Below, in pieces: positions 1 through 7,312 of a stretch of 39,683 bases of DNA. The notes below the pieces were generated by a model. That model had not been told where the DNA came from. It searched no databases and was given only the letters and a program-made list of their open reading frames with translations. The stretch's first letter is position 1. Each line of letters begins with the position of its first letter. The stretch comes from a virus. The position numbers and the translations under genes are program-made. The stretch lies in IMG/VR virus record IMGVR_UViG_3300030106_005675; one strand, given 5' to 3'.

Positions 1-98
1 TTAGTGGATTTCAGTGATAGTGGAGAAAAAGTCATTAAAGTTCCTCGTAATCAGGTGTTTCCTCAAACGGAACAGGTTGAAGATCAGGGTTTAAGGGG
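1..98. repeat. Terminal direct repeat; bases 1-98 are identical to 39586-39683 (circular-assembly overlap or terminal redundancy)
   Basis: Read directly. The window starts ttagtggatttcagtgatagtgg..., and the same string restarts at 39586 and runs to the last base. Unique unit is 39585 bp. Confidence 0.95.
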
Positions 99-277
99 TC
101 ATAGCTTCCCGCAATGTGCATGTTTTTGGCCCATTGCTTAATTGGGTCAGGCTTGCAACCTGCCTTGTTTTCGCGTTGGCAATACTCTTGATATTCTTGC
201 TGAAGCGGGGTCAAAAGTTCAGGCAATTGGTCTGCAGGATCAATAATGTTCATATCAAAGGAGGGAGGAAAAATCAT
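35..277 (-). CDS. Hypothetical small acidic protein (80 aa)
   Basis: ORF in the co-oriented minus-strand array. D/E-rich with a C-terminal ...EETPDYEEL. The stop overlaps the next ATG (TAATG at 33-37). No family recognised. Confidence 0.5.
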   Translation of the reverse strand: MIFPPSFDMNIIDPADQLPELLTPLQQEYQEYCQRENKAGCKPDPIKQWAKNMHIAGSYDPLNPDLQPVPFEETPDYEEL

Positions 278-542
278 TTAGCCATCTTTTGCAAGAAGCA
301 AGTGTGCCGCAATGATGGAAACCTTCGGACTCAGGATTGACCTTGAAACTGGCTGTGTAGTGGCGAGTCGAGCCTTGGGCAATACCACCGGAAGGCTGGT
401 CTGCAAAAATTGAACCAACCTGTCTGCCAGCGTATTCAGCGATGTAGATACCGGTTTCAACGCGAGTGATTGAGAGCATTGAGAAAACATTGTTGAGGTT
501 TGGGGTCGCCCCCTGGTAAGAGTATGGCATACCAAAGGGCAA
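255..542 (-). CDS. Hypothetical protein (95 aa)
   Basis: Its amino-acid composition looks more protein-like than the alternative frame 278..535. It is co-oriented with its neighbours and overlaps the downstream ORF by 23 nt. Confidence 0.4.
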   Translation of the reverse strand: MPFGMPYSYQGATPNLNNVFSMLSITRVETGIYIAEYAGRQVGSIFADQPSGGIAQGSTRHYTASFKVNPESEGFHHCGTLASCKRWLNDFSSLL

Positions 543-550
543 AGCGCAAC

Positions 551-844
551 CTACAAGCTGTTGAGCTTAACAATTATTGCGGAAACCATGCCTACAAGCT
601 CATTTCTAGGAATCCCGCTATATTTTCTGGCAACATCCTCTACACATTCAGCGACAACAGCCCTGCCAAGTGGGATTGACGTGTCAACCGGGCAAACACC
701 TTTCAAATAATTTAAAGCAGAAATACGGAGCAATTCATTTCGTGTTGTGTTGCGTTCAGAGGCTTGTAGTTCAACCATTAATAATTCATCTTGAGAAAGT
801 GAAACCGAAACACGTTCTTTTTTAAACTGAGCTGAATTTTTCAT
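551..844 (-). CDS. Putative ribbon-helix-helix DNA-binding protein (97 aa)
   Basis: N-terminal ERVSVSLSQDELLMVELQASERNTTRNELLRISALNYL fits a beta-strand/helix/helix (CopG/Arc/MobC-like) pattern. It shares the base at 844 with the end of the helicase ORF. Confidence 0.45.
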   Translation of the reverse strand: MKNSAQFKKERVSVSLSQDELLMVELQASERNTTRNELLRISALNYLKGVCPVDTSIPLGRAVVAECVEDVARKYSGIPRNELVGMVSAIIVKLNSL

Positions 845-2562
845 TAAAAACGAAGTTTACGTTTGTTGGGTTTTGAATTCTCTGTTGGTTCAATATTTGG
901 ACTTTCAGAGGATTCAAAGGGTGAGCGCTCGCACGGTCTTATGTCAACCGGCCAACGCATATTTTTTATCTTATAATGTATTTGACCAATTTTTGAAATT
1001 GTAATTGCATGTAAATTGCTTGCATCATCAATAATCCAACCATTTTGCCAACATTCAGTAGGTTTTCCTGCATTAATAAGACGCTCAACCGGAAGCCCCG
1101 CACAGGGGTGGTTTAATGGGGTCCCCTCCTGGGGTGGTTTATTATGAATAAAATGACTTAAATGGTTTTTTTTATGTGCGAGAGAGGTTTTAGGGGGGTT
1201 TAAAGTCATTTCATTCATTAAACACACGTTTTCGGGGGTACCCTCATAATCATTTGGTTTAACTGGTCTGAATTCGACAGCTGGTCGTCCGGCAGTGCCA
1301 GGACGGTTGGCGGCATTGGCAAGAGCGCCTCCACTTTGTATTTTCTTTGTCATTAAGCCACGCTTTACAAGCTGTTGCAGAGAACGTAAAGCCTTTTGCT
1401 GTGACCATTCGTAAGTGTTTGCAATTAATGGTGCCGTTGTCGTCAAATTATTAGACCAGCGCATAAGCGCACAGTCATAGACCTTAGACAGCTGCTCTGT
1501 TAGGTCGGCTTCAGCGTTCTCTATGGCCTCTAAGGCAAATGCAGCATCACCAGCGCCGTGGCTAACCCAACCAGCGTCATTAAGCTCAATGACAAGCGAT
1601 TGAGCTTGACCACGACCCATAGGCTTTACGGCAATTCTGTGGTCAACTTGTAATTGCCCTTCTGCAGGCACGTTTAACCAGTTAAGCAACACAGACCAAC
1701 TAACCGCAGCAGCCAAACTGTTGTTGCCTCTTGATGCTGTTATTGGGTTTCCACCGCTAACACTTTTATTTGTATGGTGAATTAAGACAGTTGTTGAATT
1801 AGTGCCCGCTAAAGCTTGTTCCAATTGTCTTGCAGGTATGTCAAATTCACTGCTAGATTCTTCAATGCCTAGTAAACCCATGCAAGCATGATATGTATCA
1901 ATCAAAATTAAAGATCCTGGGTTGCAAATTGCTTGGCCGCATATCGCTTCAATTCCTTCATCATTCAACTGTAGTCGATCCTCTAAGCTCCAAAGCAAAA
2001 CTTTTTCGTGCAAAACATGTTTAAGCGACCCACTTTCATCAATAAAATCTGAGCCTAAACCCTCTCTTTTTAAAAGTGTCCACCAATCTGATTCGTTTTG
2101 ATCAGTTCCAACAATGATCAATTTATTAATGTGCTGCTTTATGTCAAGCCCTAAAAAACTTTTTTGGCAACGAATTGATGCCCCAGCCAACGCAACCATT
2201 AAAGCACTTTTGCCAACTTTTGGAGGGGCCACTAAAAGGTTTTGACGTCCGCTCATGATGATTCCATCCCACAAAAAAGGCTGAGGAACAACGTTTAAAA
2301 AATCACCACCTTTTTTAGGATCAGGGAGTATAAAATTCCGCCCCTCAGCTCTAGCAATAATCCCAGAAATTTCAGCTCTAGACATAGTTAGCCCTATATC
2401 AATTGCAATTTCTCTAACCATTTGCATACGTACAAACGTATCTTTTGTATGATTACATATTTGCCTTACTGATTGCTCTAATTCTTCTATATTCGCGTCT
2501 AGATTCTTTATTATCTGGTTTTGAGCGTCGGGATTGTTTGAGCTGTTTTGAGTAGTAGCCAC
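844..2562 (-). CDS. RecA-fold P-loop ATPase, RepA/DnaB-like replicative helicase (AAA_25-type)
   Basis: Walker A is APPKVGKSAL and Walker B is SLILIDTYHA, followed by LIHHTNK, which is typical of RepA-like helicases. Size is 572 aa. The true start may be the internal Met at 2427 or 2421, because 2453..2821 overlaps the first 110 nt. Confidence 0.75.
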   Translation of the reverse strand: MATTQNSSNNPDAQNQIIKNLDANIEELEQSVRQICNHTKDTFVRMQMVREIAIDIGLTMSRAEISGIIARAEGRNFILPDPKKGGDFLNVVPQPFLWDGIIMSGRQNLLVAPPKVGKSALMVALAGASIRCQKSFLGLDIKQHINKLIIVGTDQNESDWWTLLKREGLGSDFIDESGSLKHVLHEKVLLWSLEDRLQLNDEGIEAICGQAICNPGSLILIDTYHACMGLLGIEESSSEFDIPARQLEQALAGTNSTTVLIHHTNKSVSGGNPITASRGNNSLAAAVSWSVLLNWLNVPAEGQLQVDHRIAVKPMGRGQAQSLVIELNDAGWVSHGAGDAAFALEAIENAEADLTEQLSKVYDCALMRWSNNLTTTAPLIANTYEWSQQKALRSLQQLVKRGLMTKKIQSGGALANAANRPGTAGRPAVEFRPVKPNDYEGTPENVCLMNEMTLNPPKTSLAHKKNHLSHFIHNKPPQEGTPLNHPCAGLPVERLINAGKPTECWQNGWIIDDASNLHAITISKIGQIHYKIKNMRWPVDIRPCERSPFESSESPNIEPTENSKPNKRKLRF

Positions 2563-2821
2563 ACTTTGCTTTTGCAGGGGAAAAAAGTTGAGATTCGGGA
2601 AAGTGTCCTGTTTTAATTAAATATTTGAATGCTTTTAATTCTGTGCTCGATTCGTATTGATTATGTTGCTCGAACTTAAGCAACGCATCATCAGAGCGCC
2701 GCCTTTGTTGTTTTGTGTAAACACCAGCGGCGGCCAAAGCATCGTCATACTCTACAGGCAGACAATAGGGAACCCAAAGCAGCATAGAGAATGCTCGTTT
2801 TTCTTTATCTATATTAATCAT
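2453..2821 (-). CDS. Hypothetical protein (122 aa)
   Basis: ORF coupled to the upstream ORF (its ATG lies inside CATGATTAA at 2814-2822). The basic low-complexity C-terminus lies in the overlap with the helicase ORF. Confidence 0.4.
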   Translation of the reverse strand: MINIDKEKRAFSMLLWVPYCLPVEYDDALAAAGVYTKQQRRRSDDALLKFEQHNQYESSTELKAFKYLIKTGHFPESQLFSPAKAKCGYYSKQLKQSRRSKPDNKESRREYRRIRAISKANM

Positions 2822-3017
2822 GAATTTTGTCGGGTTGTGATGGTAAATACTGCTGTAATAAAATGTTAACGTAAGCCGTTAAAGTTGGCACTCCAATAGG
2901 TTTTTTTTGCTGCAAAAGTTTTTTTACGCGAGGGTCTAATAAAATGTAATCAGATTCAGCTAGTCGGTGATGTTGAGAGTGCATGAAAGACTTGCAGGCT
3001 TTGCTACGATGCGGCAT
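2814..3017 (-). CDS. Hypothetical protein (67 aa), first gene of the leftward arm
   Basis: An 8-nt overlap couples it to 2453..2821. Its ATG at 3017 lies 24 bp from the divergent plus-strand ATG at 3042. Confidence 0.3.
   Translation of the reverse strand: MPHRSKACKSFMHSQHHRLAESDYILLDPRVKKLLQQKKPIGVPTLTAYVNILLQQYLPSQPDKIHD
2856..2947 (+). promoter_or_regulatory. Candidate control elements: TAATAAAATGT twice (2856-2866 and 2937-2947) and palindrome TTTTGC-T-GCAAAA (2905-2917)
   Basis: Exact 11-mer repeated 81 bp apart, each containing a TAAAAT -10-like hexamer, with a 13-bp palindrome between them. They lie next to the strand-switch point but inside ORF 2814..3017 if that ORF is real. Confidence 0.25.
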
Positions 3018-3041
3018 GCAACCAACCTTGTCAAGCCTTTC

Positions 3042-3671
3042 ATGACTTTAGAGCCTGTTCCAAACTTAATTTTTTACCCTGAATACCATAAATATCAATT
3101 AAATAAAAAATGGCTTGCCCGTTCTACAACAGAGGTTATAAACTTTGACATGCCAGAAGAAAAAAAATATTATATTACCAAATCAAAAGATGGCCCGAAT
3201 GGTTGGAAAAGGCGAGGAGATGCAGTTCATGATTTTTTGGAGAACTTTTTAAGGAAGCAATCATTCACAGTTGATGATCATTGGCGTGAGTGGACTGAAG
3301 CAATTGCAGACAATGAACTTTTAAAAACATCTAGTTTAATTGCTGCAGAATATCGACTTTGTGACAAGCAAAAATCAATGGGAGGATCATTTGATTTTTT
3401 ATTAAAAAAGCCTGATGGCACCTTGGTTTTAGGGGATTTAAAATCTGTTAGTAAATGCAGTTATGTTAATTCTAGAGAGTCTGCCACGGCACAATTAGGG
3501 TCATATGCACAAATGCTAAATAAAATCCATCCCAACCTATACATTCATCAATGTGCAACCATTGTTGCAGGGCCTGGAAAAACAAGAACTATTTATGATG
3601 ATGTTGATATATGTGTATCAAATTGGGAAGAAAAATGGGACAAATATCATTTGACGAGGAGACGCTGGTAG
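3042..3671 (+). CDS. PD-(D/E)XK (RecB/Cas4/lambda-Exo-like) exonuclease
   Basis: Motifs are SFDFLL ... LGDLKS (D...DxK), QLGSYAQML (QxxxY), and N-terminal YPEYHKY...STTEVIN. The track ORF begins at 2967, but I chose ATG 3042 to avoid overlap with 2814..3017. Confidence 0.65.
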   Translation: MTLEPVPNLIFYPEYHKYQLNKKWLARSTTEVINFDMPEEKKYYITKSKDGPNGWKRRGDAVHDFLENFLRKQSFTVDDHWREWTEAIADNELLKTSSLIAAEYRLCDKQKSMGGSFDFLLKKPDGTLVLGDLKSVSKCSYVNSRESATAQLGSYAQMLNKIHPNLYIHQCATIVAGPGKTRTIYDDVDICVSNWEEKWDKYHLTRRRW

Positions 3672-3675
3672 GTAG

Positions 3676-3720
3676 GGGTTGCGGTATGCCTTACGGCATG
3701 CCATGCTATGGCAGCAACCC
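3676..3720 (+). promoter_or_regulatory. Predicted RNA structure enclosing the start codon of the 309-aa ORF
   Basis: Inner hairpin ggtatgcc-ttac-ggcatgcc (3683-3702, 8 bp including one G-U). The outer helix gggttgc (3676-3682) pairs with gcaaccc (3714-3720). ATG 3708 sits in the bulge between them. Confidence 0.3.
3689..3720 (+). repeat. Copy A of a conserved 32-nt element (core 3691-3718)
   Basis: ccttacggcatgccatgctatggcagcaaccc matches the reverse complement of 39517-39548 at 28 of 32 positions. The 28-nt core matches at 26 of 28. Confidence 0.85.
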
Positions 3721-4637
3721 GCGCAAGCTTACTTCAAATGACAACAACAAATGGTGTCGCAACGACACAAGAAACTCAACTTAAATTTGGTAACACATCA
3801 ACCAACATAAAACAAAGTGAAGAATTTTATTTGTTAAAAAATTCAAAAGCAGCAATTGATGAAATTACAAAATGGGCAATTGGAAGAATTGCCCAACCGA
3901 ACACCAATATAGTAAAGGAAGGCAGAGCAAGAGGGCCATATCTGCCACTTACAATTCAAAACTATGAGGTTTTAGGTTTAAAATATTCGGAGGAAAATAA
4001 AAGCTATGGCATTTTACTTCGTGGCAAAATGAGCCTTTTTGAAAGTCCAGATAATTTAACAAAAACATGTGAAGTACGAATTTGGGCTAATAACATTAAC
4101 TTAGAAAAGAATAAATTGATTAAAGAATTTGTGGAGTGTTTAAATTTAAACCGTGAAAAAAACAATTCTAAATTAATCTTGCCATCATTTGAATTTTGTC
4201 TTGAAATGAGCAAAAAGGGGGAAAATTGGGAGCCATTCATATACTATCGATACCCAAAACAATCGGAGAGTGGAAATATGCAAGGTGTATTTCAGCAAGA
4301 ATTTAACGACAAAGAGTTAAAAATGATAAACTCATTTATTAAAAATGTTAAAATAAAAGAACCTGAGTATTTGAATTTTGAAAATTATGATTTTAGAAAA
4401 TCTTGGCGACAAGAGAGAAAAGAACAATTTGTTGATAATTATATCAAAGGTTCTAACTTGTGGAAAGAATATAATTGGCATTTAGACAAGATTAATTTTT
4501 TAGAAGCCAATTCTGATGAGAACGCAAGCAAGTTAGATTCATTAAGAATAAGTCTTAATGAACTTAAGAATTTGCTTGACAAAAACTATAGAAATGGTGA
4601 CAACGCATTAGATTATTGCAAAAAACAAAACATTTAA
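3708..4637 (+). CDS. Hypothetical protein (309 aa), A/T-rich orphan
   Basis: Long ORF in the plus-strand module. The protein is rich in K, N, I, F and E, and the DNA is visibly more A/T-rich than the structural genes. No motif recognised. Confidence 0.6.
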   Translation: MAATRASLLQMTTTNGVATTQETQLKFGNTSTNIKQSEEFYLLKNSKAAIDEITKWAIGRIAQPNTNIVKEGRARGPYLPLTIQNYEVLGLKYSEENKSYGILLRGKMSLFESPDNLTKTCEVRIWANNINLEKNKLIKEFVECLNLNREKNNSKLILPSFEFCLEMSKKGENWEPFIYYRYPKQSESGNMQGVFQQEFNDKELKMINSFIKNVKIKEPEYLNFENYDFRKSWRQERKEQFVDNYIKGSNLWKEYNWHLDKINFLEANSDENASKLDSLRISLNELKNLLDKNYRNGDNALDYCKKQNI

Positions 4638-4646
4638 TTCTTCAAT

Positions 4647-4859
4647 TTGCATATTATGAATTCACATTTTCTTCCAGAGCCTTTAGACGAATTTTTTACG
4701 TCACAATGTCAGCGTTATGACTGTTACCCATTGCGTTTAACTAAAGACGAAATATCACTACTTGTGTCTTTAGTTTGTGATGCTTACGACAGTGTAGACG
4801 AAGAAAAACTTAAAACTATTCGCTCTATTGACAACAAACTAACTTCGCTTTTATCATGA
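4647..4859 (+). CDS. Hypothetical protein (about 67-70 aa)
   Basis: The track start at 4647 is TTG, and ATG 4656 is more likely. Its stop overlaps the next start (ATGA at 4856-4859). Confidence 0.45.
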   Translation: MHIMNSHFLPEPLDEFFTSQCQRYDCYPLRLTKDEISLLVSLVCDAYDSVDEEKLKTIRSIDNKLTSLLS

Positions 4860-5086
4860 ATCCACGACTTAAACCCATGATCCCTGCCAAAACACGCAAG
4901 CCTTTCAGTCAAAAAAACTTTTATGGCAAAAAGTCAAGCACTTTAAAAAATGCATCCATTTCTATTATAATTTGGGTCATGTTATCAATGGGGTTTTGGC
5001 ATGCGTTGACAACTACATTGCACGATATGACTTTGCGCGACTGTCTGTATGGAATCCAAAAAGCCTGCGATGCACTCAACAAATAG
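4856..5086 (+). CDS. Hypothetical protein with one hydrophobic segment (76 aa)
   Basis: ASISIIIWVMLSMGFWHAL is a putative TM helix. The ORF is coupled to the upstream ORF. Confidence 0.4.
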   Translation: MNPRLKPMIPAKTRKPFSQKNFYGKKSSTLKNASISIIIWVMLSMGFWHALTTTLHDMTLRDCLYGIQKACDALNK

Positions 5087-5504
5087 CTTTTCTTTTACTG
5101 TTTTGGGCAAGCCCGCACCGCAGGGAAGCAAAACTTACTTGGGCCATGGCATGAAAGAAGCGTCAGACCGTTTGCCATCATGGCGGTCTGATATAAGAGC
5201 TAAGGCCGAGGGGTTGCTACCTAGCAAGTGGCATGCCATACTGCCTATGCAGATTGATGTTGAATTTTTATTCCCTCGTCCTCAGTCTGATTTTCGCTCA
5301 AATGGTCAACTGAAACCATCGGCCCTAAAACACTGCACAAAACGAGTTGGCGACTTAGACAAGTTAACCAGGGCTTTGTGCGACGCTTTAACTGGCCTTT
5401 GCTATCACGATGACTCGCAAATTATCCGCATCAACGCTATTCGACGCTATGCAACCGAACACGAACAACCCTCCGCAATCATCACCATTACAGCCATTAA
5501 TTGA
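5049..5504 (+). CDS. rusA: RusA-family Holliday junction resolvase
   Basis: F..LGKPAPQGSK near the N-terminus, and GDLDKLTRALCDALTGLCYHDDSQI matches the RusA D.D...K...D.L....DD.Q signature. The likely start is ATG 5070. Confidence 0.8.
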   Translation: MESKKPAMHSTNSFSFTVLGKPAPQGSKTYLGHGMKEASDRLPSWRSDIRAKAEGLLPSKWHAILPMQIDVEFLFPRPQSDFRSNGQLKPSALKHCTKRVGDLDKLTRALCDALTGLCYHDDSQIIRINAIRRYATEHEQPSAIITITAIN

Positions 5505-6234
5505 AGCTTTAATTACCTTTCACAAAACCGTTCCAGCAATTAACAAAACAGCAAAAGCACAGTACGGAAACTTTGCTGATCTCGAAACTGTCCTTTCAAC
5601 TGTCACCCCGCATCTAATCATAAACGGGCTGGCTGTCTCTCAGAGTTTTGAGCCAAGCACCCATGACAACAACCCTGTGCTTGTCACACAGTTGCTTCAT
5701 GTCAGCGGTGGTCAACTCATCAGCCGTTTGCCCATGGTCGTCGGTGGTCGGGGGAAAAATCCACTTCACGACTTTGGTGGAAGCTGCACTTATTCAAGGC
5801 GTTATAGCCTACTCGCCATCCTTGGCCTTACAGCCGACATGGATGTTGATGGTGACTTTGCCGATTCCGTAGAGGCCAAAACAGCAAAAGAACAAATTGA
5901 AAATCCTTCCCGCGAAAACGCTGAAGGACCTAAAGCAAAAAAAACTACCGTAAAAAAAGGTCAGATTCCCGGTTCATTGCCTAAATCTGATGCTAACAAA
6001 GCACCAAATGACATTTTAAATCAAAAAGAACGCGAATTATGTTTAGCGGTGCTTGACGAATTAGATGACAAAACACTCGACGATTTTTGTGAATCTTTCA
6101 GGGAAGCATTCCCAGGCTCAATTATTGTTTCAGATGAAATTCAGACTTACGAACATTTGGCTTTTATTAACCACTGGCATAAAGACAAAAAATTTGATAA
6201 AACTAACCTAGCAGTCCCTTTGGAGCTTGATTAA
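5410..6234 (+). CDS. erf: ERF-family single-strand annealing protein
   Basis: QYGNFADLETVLSTVTPHLIINGLAVSQ ... SRRYSLLAILGL resembles the ERF core. The C-terminus is acidic and K-rich low complexity. The true start is probably downstream (for example ATG 5449) because 5410 overlaps rusA by 95 nt. Confidence 0.65.
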   Translation: MTRKLSASTLFDAMQPNTNNPPQSSPLQPLIEALITFHKTVPAINKTAKAQYGNFADLETVLSTVTPHLIINGLAVSQSFEPSTHDNNPVLVTQLLHVSGGQLISRLPMVVGGRGKNPLHDFGGSCTYSRRYSLLAILGLTADMDVDGDFADSVEAKTAKEQIENPSRENAEGPKAKKTTVKKGQIPGSLPKSDANKAPNDILNQKERELCLAVLDELDDKTLDDFCESFREAFPGSIIVSDEIQTYEHLAFINHWHKDKKFDKTNLAVPLELD

Positions 6235-6444
6235 TTGGAAGAAAAATGGATTTCAAAAGCAAAACGTTTAAATGATGCGCAATTAAATGCTGATAAAAAA
6301 CGCCGTGATCGTCATTTTCAAGTCCGTTTAGAACCAGATTTGGCTGCAAGCTTACGGCATTTTATGGAAAAAAGAGATTACAACGTTAACCAAGCTCTCA
6401 ACGTCATCATTTCTCAATTCTTCAGAGGAAACCCCCATGCTTAA
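6235..6444 (+). CDS. Small RHH-like protein (69 aa)
   Basis: TTG start. HFQVRLEPDLAASLRHFMEKRDYNVNQALNVIISQFF fits a strand-helix-helix pattern. It overlaps the ssb start by 8 nt. Confidence 0.4.
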   Translation: MEEKWISKAKRLNDAQLNADKKRRDRHFQVRLEPDLAASLRHFMEKRDYNVNQALNVIISQFFRGNPHA

Positions 6445-6802
6445 TCTCACAGCCATTGGCCACGTTGGCATTTCCCCACAGCAAAAAACATTTGAGTCAG
6501 GGAGAACAGTCGTAAATTTTACGCTTGCTGTTAATCACAAAAACAAAGGCGAAGATACTGTTAGTTGGATTAATTGTTCTATTTGGGGGGCACGCGGCGA
6601 AACTATTATGCGTTTTGTTAAAAAAGGCGACAAATTATGTGTGAATGGAGAGGCACAATTAACTAAAAGCAATGATGAAGATGCAAACACATATTTAAAC
6701 CTAAATGTTCAAAATTTTACATTTTTAAATTCTAAAACTAATGACAATTCTGAATCTGATGACACAATTCCTGTAGCGCCTATACAGCGTCGCCGATTTT
6801 GA
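6437..6802 (+). CDS. ssb: Single-stranded DNA-binding protein
   Basis: OB-fold signature VSWINCSIWGARGETIMRFVKKGDKLCVNGEAQL. The acidic tail is SESDDTIP. Confidence 0.85.
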   Translation: MLNLTAIGHVGISPQQKTFESGRTVVNFTLAVNHKNKGEDTVSWINCSIWGARGETIMRFVKKGDKLCVNGEAQLTKSNDEDANTYLNLNVQNFTFLNSKTNDNSESDDTIPVAPIQRRRF

Positions 6803-6816
6803 CATAGGGGGGCATC

Positions 6817-6909
6817 AAGCGCACAACCCGTGCTGTGGGTTTAGTACATGCCCTCAGTGTGCGCTTTGTGTAAGTTGCAAAACAAGTTTTTTTGAGTTGT
6901 CTTGTTTTG
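6817..6909. terminator. Nested inverted repeats at the convergent junction (candidate bidirectional terminators)
   Basis: aagcgcaca (6817-6825) pairs with tgtgcgctt (6858-6866), and caaaacaag (6878-6886) pairs with cttgttttg (6901-6909). The loops are long and there is no clean U-tract, so terminator function is uncertain. Confidence 0.3.
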
Positions 6910-7093
6910 TCCCCTTTCCCTAAAATAAATGTTGTTGCTGATTTTACTCATGAAAAATCTTGGCGTTACCTATGCGTTCCATGATGGCAATTGGCAATGG
7001 TGTGTCGAATATGCGGGCATGAAACGTTGCCATCGCCAAGACTGGCAAGCTCAACACCAGCACGAATATTTTATGCACACTCGATGCAGCGGC

Positions 7094-7312
7094 TTAAGGC
7101 GCGTCATCAAGCATTCCAGCATCTAGCTCAGCAACCCGGCCAACAGCTTGTTTTAATAATCTCGTTTGATGCCAATGCTGGCGAACCAGGGCCACGGTGA
7201 GGCCTTTTAGAATTTCAACATCTGCACAGCCCTCAACTTCCCTTACACTGCGCTCTAGCTCTAATTCCTCTTCAAGGCTTTGATTGACGATCATCCAATC
7301 TGCCCATCCCAT
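7094..7312 (-). CDS. NblA-like small helical protein (72 aa), tentative
   Basis: SLEEELELERSVREVEG...ILKGLTVALVRQHWHQTRLLKQ parallels the NblA pattern as I recall it (sLEQQF.l..f..qV ... L...l.RQ.m..en.lk). AGGGGG lies 8 nt upstream of the ATG. Confidence 0.4.
   Translation of the reverse strand: MGWADWMIVNQSLEEELELERSVREVEGCADVEILKGLTVALVRQHWHQTRLLKQAVGRVAELDAGMLDDAP

Noticed and set aside
1-98. The 98-bp end repeat as a biological direct terminal repeat or mobile-element boundary
   Set aside because: Exact identity at the very first and last bases, with genes running continuously across the junction, is what a circular-contig assembly overlap looks like. Without reads I cannot claim real physical termini.
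278-535. Alternative 85-aa minus-strand frame overlapping ORF 255..542
   Set aside because: Its S/L/T/R-rich composition looks like an off-frame translation. The 255..542 frame has more balanced composition and better coupling to its neighbours.
5225-5245. Partial matches (about 10-12 nt) to the conserved element at 5230 (ggcatgccat) and at 6349 (cttacggcat)
   Set aside because: These are only 10-mers with no extension. Given about 80 kb of two-strand search space and many possible sub-windows, such hits are expected by chance.
6929-7200. Two plus-strand ORFs (65 and 69 aa) in the convergent junction
   Set aside because: They are C/H/R/Q-rich with odd composition. They overlap each other and the minus-strand NblA-like gene, and they lie after the apparent end of the plus-strand operon. 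I treat the region as non-coding.
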